Positions 1-9,209 of a stretch of DNA of 32,000 nt are shown here, in pieces. The first letter of the stretch is position 1. Every line of letters starts with the position of its first letter. The position numbers were made by a program, and so were the translations under genes. The notes under the pieces are model-generated. The model was not told the origin of the DNA and did not search any database. It was given only the letters and a program-made list of their open reading frames with translations. This DNA is from Promethearchaeota archaeon (lineage in GTDB: Archaea > Asgardarchaeota > Lokiarchaeia > Sigyniarchaeales > SOKP01), in contig JAUWGH010000006.1 of NCBI GenBank assembly GCA_030606485.1, forward strand, positions 1-32,000. Reading direction: 5' to 3'.

Positions 1-81
1 TTAGATGACTTGAAAGCAGAAGCTAACCTTACAGTAGAAAAGCTTATAGAATTATATGATATTATGGATTTGTTCTTTTAA
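1..81 (+). CDS. 3' end of a gene entering from the left edge (…LDDLKAEANLTVEKLIELYDIMDLFF*), function unknown
   Basis: Frame 1 is open from base 1 to TAA at 79-81 with amphipathic-helix-like composition, convergent with the thiolase. Too short to assign. Confidence 0.45.
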   Translation, partial: LDDLKAEANLTVEKLIELYDIMDLFF

Positions 82-264
82 CAAGTCGCTTTATAAGAAA
101 CAATTTCGCATCATTTCTTGGATAATTTCATCATATTACAATCTAGACCTTGAAAATATCTTATTTACTAAAAAAAAATAAATTTTAAAAAATCCTATTT
201 TATCATAGCATTTGTAATTTTTCTATTAAGTAAAATTAAATACTAAATGAAAAAAAAAATTATT

Positions 265-1440
265 TTAATCTGCTTGACCTAAAATACTAACGCTGCAAAC
301 GCAAAATGCTCCACCAAGATTATGAGCTAATCCTATTTTAGCATCAGGTACTTGTCTTCCTTCCGCTCTTCCTTGAAGTTGTTTAGTTACCTCTTGCAAC
401 ATTCTACATCCAGTAGCACCGATTGGATGCCCAAAAGCTTTTAGGCCTCCAGATGGATTAACCGCAGTTTCACCATCCCAATTAAATGTACCATTCTTTA
501 ATTCTTCAGCTGCCATTCCACTGTCGCAAAACTTTAAATCTTGACAGTTTAAGAGTTCAGTAATTGTAAAACAATCATGGACTTCAGCACAACTGATTTC
601 TTTTCTGGGATCCGTTATTCCGGCTTCTTTATATGCTAATTCTGCTGCTTTTCTGGTCGCTGGAAATGAAGTGAAATCGAAGCTCGGCCAATACCAAGGC
701 ATTCCTGTATAAACAGCTAATGCATTAGCTTTTACTAAAATATAATCATCTCCATGGGCATAACTCGGTGCAAGCTCTGGACTCGTTAATATCAATGCTG
801 CTGAACCATCTGAAATAGCACAACAATCGTATCGACCCAAAGGATCTGCAATCATTGGAGCGTTTAAAACCGTTTCTAATGAAACTGGCCTTCTAAAATG
901 GGCTTTAGGATGATGTGCTCCATTATCATGATTTTTTACTGCAACTCTCGCTAAATCTTCCTTGGTCCATCCATAATCTTTAAAACTACGTGTAGCTGCT
1001 AGTGAAAATATCGCAGGGGCAGAAGGTCTTGGATACATTGGATGACCAAATTTCCGAAATCCAGGTAAACCTCGGGATCCCTCATCTAATATTTTTTCAA
1101 CACCGCATGCTAAAACTACATCATTAACACCTGAAGCGACAGCATTGCATGCATTTCTAAATGCATCCATACCTGAAGCACAATAATTTTCTACTCTTGT
1201 AATTGGAATACCCCACAGTTTTAAAGCATCTGCAAATGTTCCGCCTGATAATCCTGTAAAATAATAATATATTCCCATCCAAACTGCTTCAATCTCATTT
1301 CTTTTTACTCCAGCATCTGCCATTGCTTCATCGGTAGATTTAATCAATAAAGAAAATTGATTTTCATCCCATAATTCTCCATATTTTGTTGCACCAACAC
1401 CAATTATTGCAACTTTATCTCTAATACCTTTTACTACCAT
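265..1440 (-). CDS. Thiolase, SCP2-thiolase (SCP-x-like) subfamily
   Basis: VENYCASG (nucleophile Cys), EVHDCF, NPSGGLKAFGHPIGATG and C-terminal HNLGG. The HDCF plus GHP combination is the SCP2-thiolase-type signature. Confidence 0.9.
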   Translation of the reverse strand: MVVKGIRDKVAIIGVGATKYGELWDENQFSLLIKSTDEAMADAGVKRNEIEAVWMGIYYYFTGLSGGTFADALKLWGIPITRVENYCASGMDAFRNACNAVASGVNDVVLACGVEKILDEGSRGLPGFRKFGHPMYPRPSAPAIFSLAATRSFKDYGWTKEDLARVAVKNHDNGAHHPKAHFRRPVSLETVLNAPMIADPLGRYDCCAISDGSAALILTSPELAPSYAHGDDYILVKANALAVYTGMPWYWPSFDFTSFPATRKAAELAYKEAGITDPRKEISCAEVHDCFTITELLNCQDLKFCDSGMAAEELKNGTFNWDGETAVNPSGGLKAFGHPIGATGCRMLQEVTKQLQGRAEGRQVPDAKIGLAHNLGGAFCVCSVSILGQAD

Positions 1441-1494
1441 TTTTTTTCATATTTTTAATAAAATTAAATAATAACAAAAATTTTTTTGAAAAAA

Positions 1495-1899
1495 TCACCA
1501 ATCCTTGAGATACTTTGTTAGATATTTAAAAATGTAGGTTGTTGCTTTTGTATTACGTCTTAACTTATCCAAATTACCTTGAAATTTAAATTTACCCATC
1601 CTCATCGCAATAGTTGGGTCTAATTCTCCTTTAAATAATCTTCTCCAATTAGTCTCATTTGCCGAAATATAACATTCAAAAGGTTTTTCGGATGGTCCAC
1701 CAATGAACTCCACACTTCTAACTTTTCCGTGCCATAAATCAAGCCATAAATAATAATTTTTTTTTAATTTATTACCATCAGATAAAAACTCTATTGTAAT
1801 AGCTCCTTCCCAATCTTTTGCAGTTTTCCTATAACTTTCATTTTCATTTAGATCATCCATTATCTTTTTTTCAATTTCTTGGTTAGGAATTTCCACCAT
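1495..1899 (-). CDS. SCP2 sterol/lipid-binding domain protein
   Basis: 134 aa with the C-terminal SCP2 pattern WRRLFKGELDPTIAMRMGKFKFQGNL and a WLDLWHG segment; 54 bp upstream of the thiolase on the same strand. Confidence 0.8.
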   Translation of the reverse strand: MVEIPNQEIEKKIMDDLNENESYRKTAKDWEGAITIEFLSDGNKLKKNYYLWLDLWHGKVRSVEFIGGPSEKPFECYISANETNWRRLFKGELDPTIAMRMGKFKFQGNLDKLRRNTKATTYIFKYLTKYLKDW

Positions 1900-2031
1900 A
1901 ACAAGTTCTTGTTTTATCTCATTTTGAACCTTTTTAATTTAATTATCTTATAGTTGAAATTATTAAAAAAGATTTATTTTCTAAAAAAATCAATAAATTT
2001 TAGATGAAAAAAACAATATTTGAAAACTTCA

Positions 2032-2350
2032 ATGAAATAATTTAATCCATTCTCTAATATGCTATAATGAAGGGGAAATTGAGGGTTGGGGTTATGATTG
2101 TAAATATATAAATTCATCCTTTAACTGTCCGTTTTTACGCAATGACGATATAAATTGTCCGATAAAGAATGGTTTTAAAAATCGCCCGAATAAATGTACT
2201 GTATGTAAAAAAGGAGAAATTGATTATTGGGATCAAACTCCTGCCGAAATTATTTTTCAATGTAGATTTTACCATACATTTTATCCAATATCATTTGAAA
2301 AAGAATTATTAATATATTTTTTAATTGTTATTATTTTATTATTGACATAA
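2032..2350 (+). pseudogene. Cys-rich, Zn-ribbon-like ORF with a hydrophobic C-terminus and no in-frame canonical start (frameshifted or non-canonical start); absent from the ORF track
   Basis: Open frame 2036-2350 reads …CYNEGEIEGWGYDCKYINSSFNCPFLRNDDINCPIKNGFKNRPNKCTVCKKGEIDYWDQTPAEIIFQCRFYHTFYPISFEKELLIYFLIVIILLLT*. The nearest ATG (2032) is one base out of frame. Confidence 0.45.
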
Positions 2351-2412
2351 TAAAAACAAATTTTTATCAAAAACAATAACGTTTATTTATTGTATTTTAA
2401 AAGAAGATTTTT

Positions 2413-5400
2413 ATGAGAATAGATGAAGATTTCATTCTTGAAGAAATTAAGCAGAGAATAGATATTCAGTATTATTATAAAGTTCTTAAAGATAAAAAAG
2501 AGATTAAGCCGGAATGGATGCTTGAAGAACAGAAACCTGAAAGTTTAGTGGAGCAAATATTTTTAAATATATTGAGAATTTTAAAAATCCCCGAAAAACA
2601 AATCATTTCTCAGAATCGTGTTAAAACTTTTGATTTATATAAAGAAAAGAAATATCGCTATCCAGATTTTAAAATAATTAAACATCGAAAAAGCGAAAAA
2701 AATCTATTGATCGAGTTAGAACCATTCAATTCAGATATTCAAATTGGAATAAAACAAGCAAAAGAATGGATTCAAGATATCAATATCGGTTCATTTAATA
2801 ACGCCATGGCTATTAACTTGAGTAATTTCATATTAATTTTTTTTAACGGTAATACAGTTCGAGAAAAAGAGCTAAATATTGAAGAAGCATATAGTTATAT
2901 TTCAGATGTTGTTTTTGGAAAGAAAATAACGATTAATTTAGAGAAAATTAACAAGATAACTGAACAGTTTTATAACCAATTCTTCGCGTTAATACATGGT
3001 GGATCCTATATTAGCACCAAAGAAGAAAGAATTTCGATATCTGAAGAAAATTCTATTTTTAAAAACCTCTTATATGATGAAAAGTTACATGAATCTGAAA
3101 AAATTGAATTTTTATATACAATTTTCAATAGACTCATTTTTATTAAGATTTTAATGGATTGGGGGTCGATATTTAATCTTTTTGACTATCTGCGTCAAGT
3201 TCCAGAACATTTAATGCATACCGAATTAAATAATCTATTTTTTAAAACACTAGCTGTTAAAAAAGAAAATAGGGTTAATTTACCAAAAGAATTCGAGAAT
3301 GTTCCATTTTTAAATGGAGGTCTCTTTAGACTTACAAAAGTCGAAGAAGATAATCCTAATTTAATGATTGAAGCAAAATATTTACTAAAAATTTTCGAAT
3401 TTTTAGAAAAATATTCGTTTTTAGATAATGGAGCAGACGAATCTTCATTAAATAGTGAGATATTAGGTTACATTTTTGAAAAAACTATAAAATTTCGTAA
3501 AGGTACTGGTTCATATTATACTCATAATTTAATATGCGATTTTATTTGCGAAAATGTATTATATCCTCATTTACTTATCAGAATAAACGATTTTCTTAAG
3601 GCAAAAGGATACAAGGAAAGTGAGTTACTTGAGAATTTTGAAGAAATTTTTATGCTAAAAGAAAAGACATTACTAGGAGTTTACGAAAAAATTATAAAAA
3701 ATCTTAAAGTTTGCGACATTTGCGTTGGTTCAGGCGCTTTCTTGTTATCAATGGGTAATTTGTTATTAGAAGTTCATAAAAGAATACTAAAAACATTAAA
3801 TAAAGAAATAAATGAAACCAAAATTAAACATTATATTGTCGAATACAACTTATATGGCGTAGACTTGCTACTTTCTGCAATTCAAATATGTCAGTTAAGA
3901 TTATGGCTTTGGATCTCGGAAGATTCCGAAGAAATTATGCCTCTTCCAAATATTGAATATAACTTAAGAGTAGGAAATTCTTTACTGGGAACTGTATCCC
4001 AAATTAACATAAGCACAGTTAATTATCAATTTATTAACAAAATACAGGGCACTGATTTCCTAGACTTTAGCGATCCTAAAATTTCGAAAATTTTAGAAGA
4101 ATTAGAAAGTGGAGTAATTACTTTTTCTTCATTAAAGTCTCTTAAAACAACATTAATTGATCTTTATTTATACAGTCACGATAAAAATACTATTTTACTA
4201 AAGGATTTAATTGAAAGCCTAAACAATCTTATTGTTGATGACGCAGATAGAATTTATCTAAACACCCTAAATGATATTATTAATAAAAAAAACCTAAAAA
4301 ACAATCTGAATACAGAGTTCCTGAGAAGAATGAAAGCGTTTCATTGGTATTTAGAGTTCCCGCAAGTTTTTCCTAAAGGTTTTGATATTATTATTGGAAA
4401 TCCTCCTTATGTCTCAGTCAAATTTATGGAAAAAATCCCAATTGAACAAGATATACAATCCATAACTAAGAAGTTGAAAAAAAAAAGGAAAAAGATAAAA
4501 AAATTAAAATCTGAAAACACGATCGAAAAATATAAAGAGATTATAATATCATTGAAGAAAGAATTAAAAATAAAGGAAGTATTATTAGAAACTGATTATT
4601 ATAAACAAGAGAAAATCGATAATTCCTTATATAAGAATTTTCTTAAAAACAATTATAATTGGGCCTATAAAATCTATGACATATTAATTCCATTTTTTGA
4701 GAGAGGATTATCTCTACTAAAAAAAAATAACAAAACATATCTTAGTTTTATTACTTCAAATAAGTATTTAGCAACGGATTACGGCGTAAAAATTAGGGAG
4801 GCCTTTCTAAATAGTTACAACATCGAAATATTAGTTGATATATCCATGATAAAGGTGTTTAAAGATGCTGCAGTTTATCCAATTATTACTGTCTTAAGAA
4901 ATTTTAGTAAAAAGGAGGGTTCGATGATACAAGTAGGTAGATATTCGGATATAAATGAATTAGGAAGTTATTTACATCCTATAGAGCTGGTGAGATATAA
5001 TAACCAAGAAACTAATTATTTGATATATATTCCTCTTCACCTCGAATCGTTCGAATTATTTGATAAATTATATTACCATCCCAATTGTTCAACCGTTGGA
5101 AAAGGGTTTATAAATTGTTATCGAGAATTTGATTTTACACAATGGGGAAATTACGAAGTGTTTGTATCAGAAAATAGAGGAAAGAAATTAGGAGAGGATT
5201 ACTATAATTATATTACTAATAACGATATTTTCCCCTTCCAATTAAATCCTGTAAATCAATTCTATTTTTTAAGAGAAATTCCGAATTCAAAAAACCCAAA
5301 TAATTTAGAAATTGTAGAGGGAAAGTGGAATATTTTTCAAAACGAACTTCTTATGATAAGAGAGGTGGCTTTAGACTTAATGTGTGCCATTGGGAAAAAT

Positions 5401-5904
5401 TTTGCAAATATTGGAAAGATATACGCATTGAAATTAAACCCAAATTCAGACCTTAATTATTTATCCAATTACTATTTTCTGGCTTTATTTAATTCTAAAT
5501 TATTAGATTTTTACTTTAGGGTTATGTTTTGGAATACACATTTAAGTGGAGGTTATTTAAATTTTCACTTTAGCTATCTGTCTCTACTTCCTGTTCTTAG
5601 AATAGATTCAAAATCGTTGGTGTATAAGCAAATTGTATTTTTTTCAAAATTGCTTTCCATGAAATACATAGATTTGGTAAAAATATTATTAGATTTATTG
5701 ATCTTAAAAGCTCACTTTCCAAATGATTTAGATCTAAAAGATATAGACCTTACCTTTTTAGAAGCTTTTCTTGATATACAATTAACCGATGAAATTATAG
5801 AAAATGTCTTAATAGAATTAAGAAAAATTGAAAGTGAAGTTAATAAATTAGCTCAAAACAATTTATATCAAATAATGGTTAAAGAACGGCAATTTGAAAA
5901 ATAA
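2413..5904 (+). CDS. Type IIG (Eco57I-like) restriction-modification fusion: N-terminal nuclease, N6-adenine methyltransferase and C-terminal target-recognition region
   Basis: GSYYT, CDICVGSGAFL (SAM-binding motif I), NLYGVDL and GFDIIIGNPPYV (motif IV); N-terminal YPDF…IELEP nuclease-like motif; C-terminal ALFNSKLLDFYF pattern typical of TaqI-like TRDs. Confidence 0.85.
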   Translation: MRIDEDFILEEIKQRIDIQYYYKVLKDKKEIKPEWMLEEQKPESLVEQIFLNILRILKIPEKQIISQNRVKTFDLYKEKKYRYPDFKIIKHRKSEKNLLIELEPFNSDIQIGIKQAKEWIQDINIGSFNNAMAINLSNFILIFFNGNTVREKELNIEEAYSYISDVVFGKKITINLEKINKITEQFYNQFFALIHGGSYISTKEERISISEENSIFKNLLYDEKLHESEKIEFLYTIFNRLIFIKILMDWGSIFNLFDYLRQVPEHLMHTELNNLFFKTLAVKKENRVNLPKEFENVPFLNGGLFRLTKVEEDNPNLMIEAKYLLKIFEFLEKYSFLDNGADESSLNSEILGYIFEKTIKFRKGTGSYYTHNLICDFICENVLYPHLLIRINDFLKAKGYKESELLENFEEIFMLKEKTLLGVYEKIIKNLKVCDICVGSGAFLLSMGNLLLEVHKRILKTLNKEINETKIKHYIVEYNLYGVDLLLSAIQICQLRLWLWISEDSEEIMPLPNIEYNLRVGNSLLGTVSQINISTVNYQFINKIQGTDFLDFSDPKISKILEELESGVITFSSLKSLKTTLIDLYLYSHDKNTILLKDLIESLNNLIVDDADRIYLNTLNDIINKKNLKNNLNTEFLRRMKAFHWYLEFPQVFPKGFDIIIGNPPYVSVKFMEKIPIEQDIQSITKKLKKKRKKIKKLKSENTIEKYKEIIISLKKELKIKEVLLETDYYKQEKIDNSLYKNFLKNNYNWAYKIYDILIPFFERGLSLLKKNNKTYLSFITSNKYLATDYGVKIREAFLNSYNIEILVDISMIKVFKDAAVYPIITVLRNFSKKEGSMIQVGRYSDINELGSYLHPIELVRYNNQETNYLIYIPLHLESFELFDKLYYHPNCSTVGKGFINCYREFDFTQWGNYEVFVSENRGKKLGEDYYNYITNNDIFPFQLNPVNQFYFLREIPNSKNPNNLEIVEGKWNIFQNELLMIREVALDLMCAIGKNFANIGKIYALKLNPNSDLNYLSNYYFLALFNSKLLDFYFRVMFWNTHLSGGYLNFHFSYLSLLPVLRIDSKSLVYKQIVFFSKLLSMKYIDLVKILLDLLILKAHFPNDLDLKDIDLTFLEAFLDIQLTDEIIENVLIELRKIESEVNKLAQNNLYQIMVKERQFEK

Positions 5905-6127
5905 AGATGAATGAAATGGCTATTATTAACTCAATTTTTTTAAGAACTGATAAAAAATTATAAGATTTAAATATTCAAAATATTTATGTTATTATTAATC
6001 TTTATGATTTTTACTCAAATTCAAATAAGCTTAATAAAGAAATGACTCTAATCCTAAATCATAAGTGGATTAAACTAATTGAAAATATATGTAGATTAAG
6101 CTAAAATTTGAAAAGATTCTACTAATC

Positions 6128-6976
6128 TTAATAGTTTATAATTAAAACCTCTTTAATTTGTCCTCTACCCGAAGCATCTGAATTTATAGCTCTTCTTGCA
6201 TAAACTGTTTTTAAATCATATTTTTTATACAAATCTAAAATAAATTCATTATAGGAATTACTTAACATAACTTTACATCCACGATTATCTAACTCTTCAT
6301 AAACTTTAAACAATCTCACTTGATCTTCTTTATTAAAATTCTCTTTGGTATAACTAGTAAAATTAGCAGTAGTCGAAATTGGTTGATATGGAGGGTCAAA
6401 ATAGATAAAATCATCCTTTTCTGCAAAATCAAGACAAATTTCAAAATCTGAATTGATAATTCTAACTCCTTTTAACACTTGATATACAGTTTTTAAATTT
6501 TTTTCATCACAAATATTTGGGTTTCTATATCTTCCATAGGGAACATTAAATTCTCCCTTACTATTTACCCTATACAATCCATTGAAGCATGTCTTGTTAA
6601 GATATATCATGCGAGCTGCTCTTTCTATATTTGAAAGATTTATAAATTTTTTAGGATTTTTATCAATATGTCGAATCTTATAATAAAATTCTTTATTATT
6701 ATTTTTTTTATGTACTTTCAATAATTTAATTAATTTATCAACATTATCTTGAATTACTTTATAGATATTTATTAATTCTTCATTAAGATCAATTAAAAAA
6801 GCTTCTTTTGGTAATAGATAAAAAAATAGGGCACCGCCTCCCAAAAAAGGTTCTATATATTTATTAATTCCTTTAGGGAGATATTTATCTATTTGACTTA
6901 ATAATTGTCTTTTCCCTCCAGCCCATTTTAAAATTGGATAAACTTTAGAAAAATCTTGAATAAGAAATTCTTTCAT
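6128..6976 (-). CDS. dam: Dam/DpnIIA-family DNA adenine methyltransferase (probably GATC)
   Basis: PILKWAGGK, YIEPFLGGGALFF, YLNKTCFNGLYRVN, FNVPYG and YFDPPY motifs. GATC specificity is inferred from the family. Confidence 0.9.
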   Translation of the reverse strand: MKEFLIQDFSKVYPILKWAGGKRQLLSQIDKYLPKGINKYIEPFLGGGALFFYLLPKEAFLIDLNEELINIYKVIQDNVDKLIKLLKVHKKNNNKEFYYKIRHIDKNPKKFINLSNIERAARMIYLNKTCFNGLYRVNSKGEFNVPYGRYRNPNICDEKNLKTVYQVLKGVRIINSDFEICLDFAEKDDFIYFDPPYQPISTTANFTSYTKENFNKEDQVRLFKVYEELDNRGCKVMLSNSYNEFILDLYKKYDLKTVYARRAINSDASGRGQIKEVLIINY

Positions 6977-7150
6977 TTTCTGATATTTTATTTATTTTTT
7001 CAGTATCCATATTCGCTATCAAATTTTAAATATGAATATTCATCGAGAAAAAGATTCTCAAATATTTTTTATTTTTAAAATTAATAAAGTTTTTTGTTAA
7101 GATCTCTGAAAATAATTATATTTTTTAAATACTCCGAAAAAATGACTTAT

Positions 7151-8038
7151 CTATTCAAGTTTCCACTTATGCAACCGAGTAATAAAACCACTTTCAAGCA
7201 TCCAGATTTCAGCTTCGCCACTAACCACTTGTAAAATGCTTTCAATAAAAAGAATATTGAATAGAAACCATAAACGATCTATTTCTTTTTTTATCTGTGT
7301 AACTTTTTCGTTATCTTTAGTAAAAAATGGAGTTAAATCCTGCTGTACAGCATTACTCTTAGGATCACCTAAAGGAAAAATAAACTTAACAATTGCGGTT
7401 GTTTCATCTATGATATATTTTTCAGCTTTTTTTTGAATTTCTGCAACTTCTTCAAAAGATTTTAAAGTACTTGCCCTAAATCGCCCTTGAAAATGTCCAA
7501 TCGAATATCCAATAAATTTATTTGAAATCCAATTACAAATTCTTTCATAATATTGATCATTAGTTTCATTTTCTTTTGAAGGAAAAAATGCTTTAATTTT
7601 TTCAATAGGAGTTTTTTTCAGACGATTAATGATTGCATCTTTGTAAAATAAAGAATCTAATGAAGATCTAAGATTTCCTTCATTTGTTAATGGCATATAA
7701 AATTCATAGATAGTAACAGTTTCATATCTCTCTTTTATAAAATCATCACGCATTCTTCGAGTTTGTGAAAAATGTCTCTTGAATTTATTAAAAGATGATA
7801 AATTTCTAAAAGTTTCACCCACTTGATATTTATCTTTCTCATGCTCAAGTAATAATGGTTTAAAAATTTTTGTAAAATAAGTATTAAAAGTAGATTCTTT
7901 ATCCCACTGAGTAATATTTTTCAAGTCTTCTTTGGTAAAATATTCACTAGTTTGATATTTCTCTCTGAAAAAATTAAAAACTTTCTTGATACTAGTATCA
8001 GAATTATATTTTTCATTTTTTAAATTCAAAATTATCAC
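7151..8038 (-). CDS. Hypothetical protein, 295 aa, possible N-terminal winged helix; candidate defence gene
   Basis: Long ORF with a GTG start, directly upstream of and co-oriented with dam. FTKEDLKNITQWDKESTFNTYFTK…KYQV resembles an HTH with wing. No catalytic motif recognised. Confidence 0.7.
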   Translation of the reverse strand: MIILNLKNEKYNSDTSIKKVFNFFREKYQTSEYFTKEDLKNITQWDKESTFNTYFTKIFKPLLLEHEKDKYQVGETFRNLSSFNKFKRHFSQTRRMRDDFIKERYETVTIYEFYMPLTNEGNLRSSLDSLFYKDAIINRLKKTPIEKIKAFFPSKENETNDQYYERICNWISNKFIGYSIGHFQGRFRASTLKSFEEVAEIQKKAEKYIIDETTAIVKFIFPLGDPKSNAVQQDLTPFFTKDNEKVTQIKKEIDRLWFLFNILFIESILQVVSGEAEIWMLESGFITRLHKWKLE

Positions 8039-8555
8039 TTAAACGTAGTATTATTTTTTTAGATTTTTCTCTTGATTATTCTTTTTTATTTTTTTATAAT
8101 TATAACATCTTTTAAAAATATTAAAAAATACTCTTCATAAAAATTTTCTTTAGTATAACTAGTATTATTAGATATATACGAAATTGGTTGATATATAGGA
8201 ATAAAATAAATAAAGTTATCCCTTTTAGCGAAGTTTAAATATTTCTCAGACTCTAACAATTCTTTTTGCTTTTTTATTTTGCCTTCTTTTAAAATTTCGA
8301 AGTGAAATAATATTATTATCTTCCCCGAAATAATTTAAAATGCTTCCTTGAAATTTATTTGCTCTCAATATCCTTCTTGACTTTAAACTCTAATCGATAA
8401 TAAAAACTATGTTTGTTTTCATTATTAAATGAATCATTTTGAAAAAATTAAAAGCGTTATTCTTGAAATATGAAAATATATCTCTGTAGAACTTTTAATT
8501 GTTTTATTAAAAAAAAAGTAAAAAAAATGAGATATTTATTTTTTATTTCTTTATT

Positions 8556-9002
8556 TTAATCGTATCTCTTTCTTGTTAATAAAAGCCAGAAGAAACCAAT
8601 TAATCCGATAATAAAAGCCACTATTACTATATAATTCGGCCAATAAGTCAAATCAAAAGAAGCTGGAGCACTAATCCAACTTATTATCGCTGAAACCCCT
8701 GTCACAACCATTAAACTTAGAACTACAAGTGCTTGTCCCATAGCCCATTCTTCTTCTTTAAACATTCCTATTCCCGCAACTAAACACCAGAAACCTAAAG
8801 CTACCGAGATTAGACCTTGCGAACCAAAAAAACTAAGAGCAGCAGCTGTATCAGGATTCGTTGCAAAATCACTCAACCAAACTGGAACCAAAATACCGCC
8901 CCATGCCAAGAAATCAAGAATTCCTTTTACTATAAAGAAAACACCAACTATCAGCAGCAAAATATTCAATAATTCATTTGAATCTTTTTCAACTTCACTC
9001 AT
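8556..9002 (-). CDS. Small integral membrane protein (about 4 TM helices), function unknown
   Basis: Four hydrophobic stretches separated by short polar loops, with a basic C-terminus (RKRYD). Confidence 0.75.
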   Translation of the reverse strand: MSEVEKDSNELLNILLLIVGVFFIVKGILDFLAWGGILVPVWLSDFATNPDTAAALSFFGSQGLISVALGFWCLVAGIGMFKEEEWAMGQALVVLSLMVVTGVSAIISWISAPASFDLTYWPNYIVIVAFIIGLIGFFWLLLTRKRYD

Positions 9003-9209
9003 ATTGAAATCATTCTCTAAATTTTTAATTAAAATTTAAGTTTTGTTTGTGAATAAATCAATTGATAGTTATAAAGTTTGTTTATATATTCATAATATTA
9101 AAGGTATTAATAAAAAAACGTTCAGAATTAGTTAGATTTTATTTAAACAATGATAATACTGCGGATAACTGATAATAATCATTAAATTAAATACATTAAT
9201 CTTATAATT

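Noticed and set aside
4477-4486. A10 tract inside the Type IIG gene as a phase-variation switch
   Set aside because: It encodes a Lys run, and A/T runs of 8-10 occur throughout this AT-rich window. Read-level length variation would be needed to support it.
8039-8555. Long AT-rich spacer as a hidden gene, ncRNA or island boundary
   Set aside because: I found only minus-strand open stretches of about 40 codons or less without starts, and no convincing inverted or direct repeats or att-like site.
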